Source: Clostridiaceae bacterium
Lineage (GTDB): Bacteria; Bacillota; Clostridia; CAYPLH01; DUMO01
Direction: 5' to 3'
DNA length: 64,000 nucleotides
NCBI GenBank assembly: GCA_012839865.1
Contig: DUMO01000083.1
Span: 22,254 to 86,253, forward strand
In this document: positions 20,431-29,920 of the stretch, one piece after another
Layout: each line of letters begins with the position of its first letter
How positions within the stretch are numbered: the first letter of the stretch is position 1
Position numbers and translations under genes: made by a program
Notes under the pieces: generated by a model
The model's database searches: none
Told to the model about the DNA's origin: nothing
The model's input: only the letters and a program-made list of their open reading frames with translations

Positions 20431-20674
20431 GACAGGGGACGGTTCTGTGTCCTAAAAATGAATTAACGAAACAGGCAAGAAATGATGGATTTAACCTCAT
20501 GACTTGCCTGTTTTTTTATAAAGGGGCTCAGGAACAGTCCCCCTGTTGCAGTTCAGCCCAGGGGGTCAGAAGAACCGCCCCCCTTGCCGTGGTCCTACCC
20601 TGGAGACCACAGGAACCGCCCCTCCGGTTCCTCCTCTTGGTCCCTCTGGATGAGACACAGAACCGTCCCCTGTC
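20431..20674. repeat. GC-rich nested-palindromic intergenic element, copy 1. It is bounded by a 21-bp inverted repeat (gacaggggacggttctgtgtc / gacacagaaccgtcccctgtc).
   Basis: The GC-rich core at 20523-20673 (gggggtcagaagaaccgcccccc...ggagaccacaggaaccgcccctccggttcc) is related to elements at 31318-31500 and 44786-44847. The genome is otherwise AT-rich. Confidence 0.6.
20471..20518 (+). terminator. Rho-independent terminator of the ABC-2/GldG/DUF4340 operon. It lies inside the repeat-bounded region.
   Basis: acaggcaag...cttgcctgt followed by a T7 run. Confidence 0.65.
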
Positions 20675-20677
20675 TTG

Positions 20678-20720
20678 TTTAAAGCCGATTGTTTTTGTTC
20701 TGCATACATTTCATTCATTA
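20678..20720. repeat. AT-rich dispersed intergenic repeat, copy 3 (short form), directly abutting GC-rich element copy 1.
   Basis: aaagccgattgtttttgttctGCATAcatttcattcatt. Confidence 0.5.
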
Positions 20721-20804
20721 GCCTCTACCTGCATTGTATAGTAGCTGCCATCCCCAATGTAGTCTCAATCAATAGAAAAAACTGATATCTTTTTACCTTT
20801 TGGT

Positions 20805-22028
20805 ATGGTAGAATATAAGAAAAAATTTCAGGTGGAAAGTATGGAGCCAAAAGAGAAGAATTCTTACAGCGAAGTGCGGAGTAACAACAAAATAAGTCTT
20901 ATCATACTGTTGCTTTCTTTGGTTTTCTTTGGCCTGCTATATGTCTTATATCTAAGCAGACAGGATACTGAAACCCTGAAAATCAAGGAATTTCTGGAAA
21001 ACACCCTGATTGAGCTTGGAAAAGGCAGCGAGGACAAGGTGATAAACCAGATATCCGGTTATGAAAATTCCGCCTTCATAGTATACAGGGATTACTTGGT
21101 TGAGTGCAACAGCCAATCCATAAGGTTCATGAACAAACAGGGAAATTCTCTTTGGGAACACCAGGTAAAGATTAATAAACCACTTATGAAGGTAAGCGGC
21201 AAAAGTCTTATAATTGCAGACATGGGCGGCAGGGAAATTTATGCCGTCAACGGCAGCTATATAGACTGGGAGAAAAAATTTGATGAAAACATCATTAATG
21301 TGGATGTAAACAGCAGCGGGTATGTAGTTGTTGTAAAGGAAGCCAAGGGTTTAAAAGGGGCGGTCACTCTTTTCGACAGCAAAGGAAATGAGATATTTAC
21401 AAAAGGTTATAAAGATATGTATATAATGTCTGCAGAAATTTCACCGGACAACAGCTCTATTGTTGTCAACAATTTTAATACATCAGGTCTTGCCGCATAC
21501 AACAGTTTTGAATTTCTGGATATGCGGGGAAAAACCATAGCAGGTGTTTCTGCGGCATCCAGTCTCATATTTCCCGCTGTAAGTTTTATTAATAAAAATC
21601 ATATTCTTGTATCGGGAGATGCTGGAGTCGCCTGTTACAAGACTGACGGTTCTCTTGTATGGAGCAACAATTTCAACGGAAGAAAAATATACAGTTCAGG
21701 TGTACTTGAAAATAATTATGCCGTTGTTGCGGTCAGCGGAGAAAACAAGCCTGGAACGGCAGGCAGGAACAAGCCGGAAATACTTGTGCTGAATTCTGAA
21801 GGTGAAATAACAGCAAGAGTGAACATAGACAGTGAAATAATAAATATTAATACATACAGCGATATGATAGCTGTAAATACAGGCCGGGGAGTAAACTTCA
21901 TAAACCGGAAAGGACAGCTTCTTGGAGCATTTTCTTCAAAGACTGATATAAAGAATATATATTTTTTCAGCCGCCTGGAGGCTGCTGTGATAACAAGGCA
22001 GGGAGCAACAATAGTCAAGACCCACTGA
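20805..22028 (+). CDS. Hypothetical membrane-anchored protein with a beta-propeller-like repeat region (possibly DUF5711-family).
   Basis: An N-terminal TM (ISLIILLLSLVFFGLLYVLYL) followed by repetitive beta-strand-rich segments. An alternative start is ATG 20841. Confidence 0.45.
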   Translation: MVEYKKKFQVESMEPKEKNSYSEVRSNNKISLIILLLSLVFFGLLYVLYLSRQDTETLKIKEFLENTLIELGKGSEDKVINQISGYENSAFIVYRDYLVECNSQSIRFMNKQGNSLWEHQVKINKPLMKVSGKSLIIADMGGREIYAVNGSYIDWEKKFDENIINVDVNSSGYVVVVKEAKGLKGAVTLFDSKGNEIFTKGYKDMYIMSAEISPDNSSIVVNNFNTSGLAAYNSFEFLDMRGKTIAGVSAASSLIFPAVSFINKNHILVSGDAGVACYKTDGSLVWSNNFNGRKIYSSGVLENNYAVVAVSGENKPGTAGRNKPEILVLNSEGEITARVNIDSEIININTYSDMIAVNTGRGVNFINRKGQLLGAFSSKTDIKNIYFFSRLEAAVITRQGATIVKTH

Positions 22029-22242
22029 TATAAAGACCGGAGGGAAATAACCCGGCCGCAGCTTTTATGCAATTACAACATCTCAAAATAAAGCCCGGGA
22101 AAAAGATTCTGCCGCAGTATTTGTGCAGCCATAAATTACAGTAATAAAATTCGGGGAATATGAACCTGGCTCCAGCTTTACGCCACCGGATTTTCCGCCG
22201 CCAAAACTGCGGGAATAAAGACCAGCCACAGCTTGTTTAATC
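22029..22242. repeat. About 3.5 degenerate tandem repeats of ~58 bp, each beginning ataaag and containing gccgcagc.
   Basis: Units begin at 22029, 22087 and ~22148, and ataaagaccagccacagc recurs at 22215. Roughly 60% identity between units. Confidence 0.4.
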
Positions 22243-22361
22243 ATAATTTTAATCTGACTATATTCTTTGTAAACAATCGATGATATAATACATATAATTT
22301 ATTTTCAGAAAAAATTTTCTGAAAACAGGTTCTAATTATAACCTTGATTGGAGGGATGATA

Positions 22362-23102
22362 ATGAGTTTTAACTGGGCAGATGCTGTTGTTCTGGGTATT
22401 ATTGCAGTATTTGCAATTATTGGTCTTGCCAGTGGTTTTATACTTTCGATATTCAGAATAGCATCCTACTTTATTGCAGTCGTTGTTTCGGTTAAGTTTT
22501 ATCCGAAGGTTGCAGAGCTTATTATGAAGACTTCAATTTATACAAATATAAAAAATGGCATTACAGAAAACATAAGGAACATACCGGCCTTGGATGCAGC
22601 CAACCTGATGCCGGCAGGCACCGGCCTGATACCGGAAGAATTCAAAAATCAGTTGGACAGTTCGGTGAGTACAGTGGTGGAAGGCCTTAATCTGCCGGAA
22701 TTGCTCAAGTCGCCTGTCCTGGAAAAGTTTTCTCAAAATATTTCAGAAATTATTGATTTCAACGGCATTATCGAGAGTCTGGGAGGAAGCCTGGCGGAAG
22801 TGATAGTCAATATAATCAGCCTGGTATTGCTGTTTATTGCAGTGAGGCTGGGTCTTGCCATTTTTAAATTTTTACTGAAGGGTGTTGCAAAACTTCCTGT
22901 ATTCAAGCAATTGGACAAGATCGGGGGATTAGCTTTCGGAGCCCTTGAAGGTTTCCTTATGGTGTATGTTGTTCTGGCAATTTTAATGCTTTTCCAGGCG
23001 AACCAGGGTTTTTCGGATATTTTCAACACTATTGATAATTCTTTGGTGGCGAAATTTTTCTATCAGAACAATTTAATTGTGAATTGGATGTTTCCTTCGT
23101 AA
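22362..23102 (+). CDS. cvpA: CvpA-family membrane protein (colicin V production protein homolog).
   Basis: MSFNWADAVVLGIIAVFAIIGLASGF... has the typical CvpA N-terminus. The RBS ggaggg sits 6 nt upstream. Confidence 0.65.
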   Translation: MSFNWADAVVLGIIAVFAIIGLASGFILSIFRIASYFIAVVVSVKFYPKVAELIMKTSIYTNIKNGITENIRNIPALDAANLMPAGTGLIPEEFKNQLDSSVSTVVEGLNLPELLKSPVLEKFSQNISEIIDFNGIIESLGGSLAEVIVNIISLVLLFIAVRLGLAIFKFLLKGVAKLPVFKQLDKIGGLAFGALEGFLMVYVVLAILMLFQANQGFSDIFNTIDNSLVAKFFYQNNLIVNWMFPS

Positions 23103-23150
23103 TACTGAAAAATGAATATACATATGTGATACATTTGAGGAGGTAAAATT

Positions 23151-24809
23151 GTGAAGAGTGATGTAATGAAGAAGGGCATTGAACGGGCGCCCCACAGGTC
23201 TTTGTTAAAGGCAATGGGATATACGGATGAGGAAATCAGCCGGCCGATTATTGGCGTGGCCAATTCCCGAAATGAAATTGTACCGGGGCATATACACCTG
23301 GATAAAATAGCTGAGGCGGTAAAGGCAGGAATCCGTCTGGCCGGAGGAACTCCGGTTGAGTTTGGTGTAATTGGAGTATGTGATGGAATTGCAATGGGGC
23401 ATACGGGCATGAAGTATTCCCTTGCCTCCCGTGAACTTATTGCCGATTCATGTGAATCCATGGCATTGGCCCATAGCTTTGACGGAATGGTGTTTATTCC
23501 GAACTGTGACAAAATTGTGCCTGGAATGCTCATGGCGGCAGCCAGAATCAACGTGCCTTCAATAGTCATAAGCGGCGGCCCTATGCTGTCTATAAAGAAG
23601 AATGGCAGGTTTCTGGACTTAAACAGCATGTTCGAAGCTGTTGGTTCCTTCAAGGCCGGAATGATGACCGGAGAAGAAGTAAAATATCTTGAGGATTATG
23701 CCTGCCCCGGATGTGGGTCATGTTCCGGAATGTTTACCGCAAATTCAATGAACTGTCTTACTGAAGTCCTGGGGATGGGGCTTCCGGGAAACGGCACCAT
23801 ACCGGCTGTTTATGCAGAGAGAATAAGGCTTGCGAAGGAAGCGGGAATGAAGATTGTAGAGCTGGTTGAGAAGGATATCAAGCCAGGGGATATATTAAAT
23901 GAAAAGGCCTTCTTGAATGCCCTTGCAGTTGACATGGCTCTTGGATGCTCCACAAACTCGGTCCTGCACCTGCCTGCCATTGCCCATGAGGCCGGTATAA
24001 AAATCAATCTTGACGTAATCAACGAAATGAGTGCAAAAGTTCCAAACCTTTGCAAGCTTGCTCCTTCCGGAGATCACAGGATTCAGGACCTTTATGAAGC
24101 GGGTGGAGTTCAGGCTGTCATGAAGGAACTGACCAAACGGGATCTTTTGCATCTTGATTTGCTGACGGTAACGGGAAAGACAATTGCAGATAATATTAAA
24201 AATGCGAAAGTCCTTGATTATGATGTAATAAGAAATATTGACAGTCCTTATAGTACTACAGGAGGAATTGCAGTATTAAGGGGCAATATAGCACCGGATG
24301 GAGCAGTTGTGAAAAAAGCCGCAGTAGCGGCTGAAATGCTTGTTCATAAGGGGCCTGCAAGGGTCTTTGATTCGGAGGAAGCTGCAATTGAGGCAATATA
24401 CAACAGGAGAATAAACAAGGGTGATGTTGTTGTTATCCGCTATGAAGGGCCAAAAGGCGGACCCGGTATGAGGGAGATGCTTAGCCCCACATCAGCAATA
24501 GCCGGGATGGGGCTCGACAAGGATGTGGCGCTGCTGACGGACGGAAGATTTTCCGGGGCCACCCGTGGAGCGGCAATTGGCCATATTTCCCCTGAAGCAA
24601 TGGAGCAGGGGCCCATCGGCTTGATACAGGAGGGGGATATTATCAATATAGATATTCCCAACAACAGCTTGAATGTAGAGGTGTCCAAAGAAGAACTTGA
24701 CAGGAGGAGAGCTCTTTGGAAAGCTCCCAGGCCGAAAGTGACCGGAGGCTACCTTGGACGGTATGCCAGACTGGTGACTTCAGCAAGCACGGGAGCAGTA
24801 TTGAAATAG
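23151..24809 (+). CDS. ilvD: Dihydroxy-acid dehydratase.
   Basis: ILVD/EDD signatures (CDGIAMGH; [17 protein letters not shown]). A GTG start follows the RBS gaggagg. Confidence 0.9.
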   Translation: MKSDVMKKGIERAPHRSLLKAMGYTDEEISRPIIGVANSRNEIVPGHIHLDKIAEAVKAGIRLAGGTPVEFGVIGVCDGIAMGHTGMKYSLASRELIADSCESMALAHSFDGMVFIPNCDKIVPGMLMAAARINVPSIVISGGPMLSIKKNGRFLDLNSMFEAVGSFKAGMMTGEEVKYLEDYACPGCGSCSGMFTANSMNCLTEVLGMGLPGNGTIPAVYAERIRLAKEAGMKIVELVEKDIKPGDILNEKAFLNALAVDMALGCSTNSVLHLPAIAHEAGIKINLDVINEMSAKVPNLCKLAPSGDHRIQDLYEAGGVQAVMKELTKRDLLHLDLLTVTGKTIADNIKNAKVLDYDVIRNIDSPYSTTGGIAVLRGNIAPDGAVVKKAAVAAEMLVHKGPARVFDSEEAAIEAIYNRRINKGDVVVIRYEGPKGGPGMREMLSPTSAIAGMGLDKDVALLTDGRFSGATRGAAIGHISPEAMEQGPIGLIQEGDIINIDIPNNSLNVEVSKEELDRRRALWKAPRPKVTGGYLGRYARLVTSASTGAVLK

Positions 24810-24994
24810 ATTTGTATGGAAGATTAGGATGCGGTTTGCGCAGTATAAATGAAATCTATTGACTGTTGGAAAAGCCACATTTTTACGTGGCCTGGCAAAA
24901 ACTCGCCGGCATTTTTTCATAAACATTTTTATCAGACCGGGAGAATAGGAAATTTATTCATTTTTTATTTAGAGAAGTTGGAGGTAGCAGTTAC

Positions 24995-26662
24995 ATGAAA
25001 CTTACAGGTGCACAAATTCTAATTGAGTGCCTGAAGGAGCAAGGTGTAGATACGATTTTTGGATTTCCGGGGGGAGCGGTGCTTAATATTTATGACGCTC
25101 TGTATTATGCAAGAAATGAGATAAGGCATATTCTGACTTCCCATGAGCAGGGTGCTTCCCATGCAGCAGACGGTTATGCAAGGGCAACGGGAAAAGTGGG
25201 AGTTTGCATTGCCACCTCGGGGCCGGGTGCTACCAACCTGGTTACAGGAATAGCAACGGCATATATGGATTCTGTGCCAATGGTTGCATTTACCGGGCAG
25301 GTTCCTACTTCCCTTCTGGGCAAGGACTCTTTCCAGGAAGTGGACATAACCGGTATAACCATGCCCATAACCAAACACAATTATATAGTAAAGGATGTAA
25401 ACCGGCTGGCGGATATCGTCCGGGAAGCGTTTTATATTGCAAAAAAGGGCAGACCCGGACCGGTGCTTGTGGATATATGCAAGGATGTTACTGCAAATTA
25501 TGCGGAATATACATTTAAAACACCAAAGGAAATTCCCGGGGGAGAGCTGGGAGTTGAAGAGGAACAGCTTGATAAAGCTGCCGGGATGATTAATAAGGCA
25601 AAAAAACCTTTCATCCTGTCGGGGGGTGGAGTGTCTATTGCAGGAGCGCATCTGGAAGTGGCCATGCTTGCTGAAAAGGCAAAAATACCCGTCGGGACCA
25701 CACTGATGGGGTTGGGTTCATTCCCGGGAACCCATGATCTTTTTACGGGCCTTGTGGGAATGCATGGCACGAGAGCATCCAACACGGCTGTATCGGAATC
25801 AGATTTGTTTATTGCCATAGGTGCCCGCTTCAGTGACAGGGTAATAAGCAATGTAAAAAGATTTGCTCCAAATGCAAAAATCATGCACATAGACATAGAT
25901 CCTGCGGAAATTGGGAAAAATGTAGGTGCCCATTATCCTCTGGTGGGGAACATGGTAAAAATTTTAAGGGAGCTTAATCGGAGGGTGCATGAAAAGCCGA
26001 AGACCGAATGGGTGGACAGCATAATTGAACTTAAGAAGAGCTTTCCTTTGAACTACCCCCAAAATGGTTCTTTAAAGCCTAATTACATTGTAGAAAGGCT
26101 TTATGAACTTACCGGGGGCAAAGCTGTTATTACTACCGAAGTAGGCCAAAACCAGTTATGGGCGGCTCAATTTTATAAATTCAGCCATCCCAGGCAATTT
26201 ATATCCTCAGGAGGGCTGGGTACCATGGGGTTTGGTCTTGGTGCCAGCATAGGGGCGCAGATAGGCTTACCCGGCAGGAAGGTAATAAATATTGCAGGAG
26301 ACGGAAGTTTCCGCATGAATCTCAACGAACTGGCTACAGCAGTGGAATATAAGCTTCCTATAATTATAGCCTTGCTTAACAACGGGGTACTTGGCATGGT
26401 TCGCCAGTGGCAGGAATTGTTTTACGGTGGCAGGTACTCGGCTACAACAATTGACAGGGCTACAAACTTCAAAGCTTTGGCGGAAGCCTTCGGAGCCATA
26501 GGCATTGATGTTGAAAAGCCTGAGGAGGTTGACGGGGCAATAATGAAAGCCCTTGAATCTACCGACAGGCCGGTGCTGTTGAACTTTAAAATTGACAAGG
26601 ACGACAAGGTATTTCCCATAGTACCGCCCGGTGCAGGCATAGATGAACTGATAGAAGCATAA
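24995..26662 (+). CDS. ilvB: Acetolactate synthase (acetohydroxyacid synthase) large subunit, with no adjacent small subunit.
   Basis: A ThDP-dependent enzyme (GFPGGAVLNIYDAL; GDGSFRMN). 555 aa. Confidence 0.85.
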   Translation: MKLTGAQILIECLKEQGVDTIFGFPGGAVLNIYDALYYARNEIRHILTSHEQGASHAADGYARATGKVGVCIATSGPGATNLVTGIATAYMDSVPMVAFTGQVPTSLLGKDSFQEVDITGITMPITKHNYIVKDVNRLADIVREAFYIAKKGRPGPVLVDICKDVTANYAEYTFKTPKEIPGGELGVEEEQLDKAAGMINKAKKPFILSGGGVSIAGAHLEVAMLAEKAKIPVGTTLMGLGSFPGTHDLFTGLVGMHGTRASNTAVSESDLFIAIGARFSDRVISNVKRFAPNAKIMHIDIDPAEIGKNVGAHYPLVGNMVKILRELNRRVHEKPKTEWVDSIIELKKSFPLNYPQNGSLKPNYIVERLYELTGGKAVITTEVGQNQLWAAQFYKFSHPRQFISSGGLGTMGFGLGASIGAQIGLPGRKVINIAGDGSFRMNLNELATAVEYKLPIIIALLNNGVLGMVRQWQELFYGGRYSATTIDRATNFKALAEAFGAIGIDVEKPEEVDGAIMKALESTDRPVLLNFKIDKDDKVFPIVPPGAGIDELIEA

Positions 26663-26914
26663 ACGGGGACTATTTTATTGGACAGGTGCAGATATCGGAA
26701 AGAAGAAGAAATGTATGCCATATGGATGTGTATGCAGAGGCTATTTGCGAAGCAAATCCAGCCAAAAACGAGCGGGGCTCGATGCCCCCCCCGAGCTTTT
26801 CTAAGAACAAAGCTCTTATTTTGAGAAAACCGGCGGTTCGCTGAAGGCAAAAATGATACCGCTTTTTACTCGCCATCCGTGGCTTAAAAAAGCTAAAAAA
26901 ATTCCTGTTTTTTT

Positions 26915-27015
26915 CACACATTTTTGCCTTCATCTCACCTGGTTTTCTAACAAAATAAAGCTAATTGTTACTTATCTGCATACACATCCATACTTTCTGC
27001 ATACATTTCATTTAC
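26915..27015. repeat. AT-rich dispersed intergenic repeat, copy 4 (long form with a duplicated tctGCATAca motif).
   Basis: cacatttttgccttcatctcacctggttttctaacaaaataaagctaattgttacttatctGCATAcacatccatactttctGCATAcatttcatt. Confidence 0.55.
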
Positions 27016-27251
27016 TTCTAGACCATGGAAACGGTTTTTCTGACAAGGAAGGCATGGTATAATCTTTCATTATATGTATATATTACAAAGATGAGGATAG
27101 TTCTTCTTTCTTGTTGACAAGAGAACCATCTCATGGCATATTTATATAAGTATGCAGCAAATCAGGAACTGTCCACAGCCGGATGAGTCCAGGGTGAAAA
27201 CCAGAGTGACTCCCCTCTGGCCGGTGTGAATTATGAAATTAATAAATTTGC

Positions 27252-27279
27252 TTGACATATTGATAATTATATGTTAAAT
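27252..27279 (+). promoter_or_regulatory. Sigma-A-type promoter (TTGACA-16 bp-TTAAAT) upstream of rpmG-secE-nusG.
   Basis: ttgaca tattgataattatatg ttaaat. Confidence 0.45.
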
Positions 27280-27368
27280 TAGTGGTTGCTCAAAAAAAAT
27301 AGGCTTTTTTTTTTGTGTCTGAAATTCTAACTATTTTTGATATAGACCTACAGCCGGAGGTGTAACAC

Positions 27369-27518
27369 GTGAGAGTTAAAATAACATTAGCCTGTACCGA
27401 GTGTAAGCAAAGAAATTATGCAAACATGAAAAACAAGAAAAACGATCCGGATAGGCTTGAAATGAAAAAGTACTGCAAGTTTTGCAACAAACACACAGAA
27501 CACAGGGAAACAAGGTAG
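27369..27518 (+). CDS. rpmG: 50S ribosomal protein L33.
   Basis: A 49-aa GTG-start ORF that is absent from the ORF track: [49 protein letters not shown]. It carries the L33 C4 zinc ribbon. The RBS ggaggtg lies upstream. Confidence 0.85.
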   Translation: MRVKITLACTECKQRNYANMKNKKNDPDRLEMKKYCKFCNKHTEHRETR

Positions 27519-27613
27519 CAGTGTTTAAATGATCCTGCATATTTATTGGGTTAAAGGACAATTATTTATGTCAGGCAAACCGAAAAGAAAAATATGAAAG
27601 TGGAGATGTGAAA

Positions 27614-27835
27614 ATGGCTGCCGCTAACGAGTCTAAATTTAATAAATTGAAAAAGAATACTGTACGTTTTTTCAAGGAAATTAAAAATGAATTGAAAAAG
27701 GTAATCTGGCCCAACAGAAAGCAGCTGATAAATAATACAGTGACTGTCTTGGTATCGTGTTTGTTGGTTGGTGCATTACTATGGATTATTGACCTTTTTT
27801 ACGGCCAGTTAACTGCTTGGTTTTTTACCAGATAA
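27614..27835 (+). CDS. secE: Preprotein translocase subunit SecE.
   Basis: A single TM (VTVLVSCLLVGALLWIIDLFYG) and a conserved position between rpmG and nusG. The RBS ggag sits 8 nt upstream of ATG 27614. Confidence 0.8.
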   Translation: MAAANESKFNKLKKNTVRFFKEIKNELKKVIWPNRKQLINNTVTVLVSCLLVGALLWIIDLFYGQLTAWFFTR

Positions 27836-27850
27836 AGGAGGATTCCTGAT

Positions 27851-28387
27851 TTGATATCTGATAATGAATTCTCGGAAAATGCGAAATGGTATGTAGTTCA
27901 TACTTATTCCGGATATGAAAACAAGGTAAAAGCCAACCTTGAGAAAATAGTTGAAAACAGGGGAATGCAGGAATACATCCAGGACATTGTCGTTCCAATG
28001 GAAGAGCAGATCGAAATAAAGGACGGGAAGAAAAAAGCGACACTGAAAAAGGTCTTCCCGGGTTACGTATTGGTAAAAATGATCATGTCCGATGAGTCCT
28101 GGTATGTAGTCAGGAATATCCGCGGAGTGACTGGCTTTGTCGGTCCCGGATCCAAGCCGGTGCCGTTGTCTGATGAGGAAATCAAGAGCATGGGTGTGGA
28201 AGAATTTGCTCCCATTGTGGATTATGAGGTTGGCGACAGCGTCAGGGTTATATCGGGACCCCTTGAGAACTTTATTGGTGCAGTTGAAGAAATCAACATG
28301 GACAGAAAGAAAGTCAGGGTATCTGTTTCAATGTTCGGCAGGGAGACACCTGTTGAGCTTGAATTTTCACAAATAACGAAGCTGTAG
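27851..28387 (+). CDS. nusG: Transcription termination/antitermination factor NusG.
   Basis: NGN and KOW domains (WYVVHTYSGYENKV...; GDSVRVISGPLENFIGAVEEI). A TTG start follows the RBS aaaggagg. Confidence 0.9.
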   Translation: MISDNEFSENAKWYVVHTYSGYENKVKANLEKIVENRGMQEYIQDIVVPMEEQIEIKDGKKKATLKKVFPGYVLVKMIMSDESWYVVRNIRGVTGFVGPGSKPVPLSDEEIKSMGVEEFAPIVDYEVGDSVRVISGPLENFIGAVEEINMDRKKVRVSVSMFGRETPVELEFSQITKL

Positions 28388-28698
28388 TTTGAAGCGGCAT
28401 GAAAGGCATGAAAAATTCGTGGTTAAGGTAGTATAAAATAACGGCAGATAAGAATCATTGGATTCAATGTGGATTGTTTGCCCGAACTTAATCCACGTTT
28501 TATATATCAAGGCGGTGGGACAGACCGTGTCTGCCTGTGAAGAGCTGCAAAAGCAGCATGATAAATCAGGAACCTCTGCCGTATCCGGCGGGGAATGTCC
28601 AATATCAGCCTGAATATGAAAGAGTCCATAAACATAAGCATTATAAGCTTATAGCATGGATTCGGCAAGGGCACAAATTTTTGGGAGGTGGAACTTAT

Positions 28699-29124
28699 AT
28701 GGCAAAGAAAATTACCGGCATTGTAAAACTTCAGATTCCTGCTGGAAAGGCAACTCCGGCTCCACCGGTTGGACCAGCACTAGGGCAACATGGTGTAAAT
28801 ATCATGGGATTTTGTAAAGAGTTCAACGAAAGGACCGCAAAAGACGCAGGCCTTGTCATACCTGTAGTAATAACCATTTATGCAGACAGGTCCTTCACGT
28901 TCATTACAAAAACTCCTCCGGCAGCAGTGCTTTTAAAGAAAGCGTGCAAGGTTGAAAAGGGATCCGGTGTACCCAACAGGGAAAAGGTTGCAAAAATATC
29001 CAGAGAAGAATTGCGGAAAATTGCAGAACTTAAAATGCCTGACCTGAACGCTGCAAGCGTAGAAGCGGCAGAAAGAATGATTGCAGGTACTGCAAGAAGC
29101 ATGGGAATAACAGTTGAAGGATAG
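28699..29124 (+). CDS. rplK: 50S ribosomal protein L11.
   Basis: [36 protein letters not shown]... The ORF opens at 28537. The true start is ATG 28699 after the RBS gggaggtgg. Confidence 0.9.
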   Translation: MAKKITGIVKLQIPAGKATPAPPVGPALGQHGVNIMGFCKEFNERTAKDAGLVIPVVITIYADRSFTFITKTPPAAVLLKKACKVEKGSGVPNREKVAKISREELRKIAELKMPDLNAASVEAAERMIAGTARSMGITVEG

Positions 29125-29194
29125 TTTTCTTAAGCAACAGGTGGGAGGAAAATAACTTTCCGGAGAATATACCACAAGGAGGAGATTGTAAGAT

Positions 29195-29920
29195 ATGAAA
29201 AGAGGAAAGAAATACCTGGACAGTTTAAAGCTTATTGACAGAACAAAACTTTATGATCCTGAAGAAGCATTGGATCTTGTACAGAAAGCTTCAAAAGCCA
29301 AGTTTGATGAGACTGTTGAAGTTCATATAAAACTCGGTGTTGACTCAAGACATGCAGAGCAACAGGTTCGTGGTGCGGTTGTACTGCCACATGGAACCGG
29401 AAAAAAAGTCAGAGTTTTGGTATTTGCAAAAGGTCCGAAGGCTGATGAAGCTGAAAAAGCAGGTGCCGATTATGTAGGCGCTGAAGATTTGGTGGCAAAA
29501 ATCCAGAATGACAACTGGTTTGAATTTGATGTAGTTGTTGCGACCCCGGATATGATGGGTGTTGTAGGACGGCTTGGCAGAGTTCTCGGTCCTAAAGGCT
29601 TAATGCCAAACCCGAAAGCCGGAACAGTAACCATGGATGTTGCCAGGGCAATCCAGGAAATCAAAGCCGGTAAGATTGAATACAGGCTTGACAAGACTAA
29701 CATAGTCCATTGCCCCATCGGCAAGGTTTCCTTTGAAAAAGGGCAGTTGGTTGAAAATTTCCGGACTCTTCTGGATGCCATCATCAAGGCCAAGCCTGCA
29801 GCAGCCAAGGGTCAGTATTTGAAGAGTGTTGTTGTAACTTCAACCATGGGACCCGGCATCAAGGTAAATCCTCTCCGGGTACTGGCTGCAAAAACTGAAG
29901 AAGCTGCGGTTGCAAAGTAA
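29195..29920 (+). CDS. rplA: 50S ribosomal protein L1.
   Basis: L1 family ([12 protein letters not shown]; [15 protein letters not shown]). The RBS aaggagg lies upstream. Confidence 0.9.
   Translation: MKRGKKYLDSLKLIDRTKLYDPEEALDLVQKASKAKFDETVEVHIKLGVDSRHAEQQVRGAVVLPHGTGKKVRVLVFAKGPKADEAEKAGADYVGAEDLVAKIQNDNWFEFDVVVATPDMMGVVGRLGRVLGPKGLMPNPKAGTVTMDVARAIQEIKAGKIEYRLDKTNIVHCPIGKVSFEKGQLVENFRTLLDAIIKAKPAAAKGQYLKSVVVTSTMGPGIKVNPLRVLAAKTEEAAVAK

Noticed and set aside
20499-20741. + strand 80-aa ORF spanning GC-rich repeat copy 1 (and similarly 31223-31498 spanning copy 2).
   Set aside because: These ORFs exist only because the GC-rich palindromic repeats lack stop codons. The Pro/Arg/Gly-rich translation (…RRTAPLAVVLPWRPQEPPLRFLLL…) and the absence of an RBS argue against coding.
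23063-23653. Minus-strand 196-aa ORF overlapping the cvpA end and ilvD start.
   Set aside because: It is antisense to ilvD, which has clear ILVD/EDD signatures. No independent support.
25019-25896. Minus-strand ORFs (25019-25651, 25498-25896) and the + ORF 25204-25518 within ilvB.
   Set aside because: They are alternative frames of a high-confidence ThDP-enzyme gene. The Cys/Gly-rich composition indicates non-coding frames.
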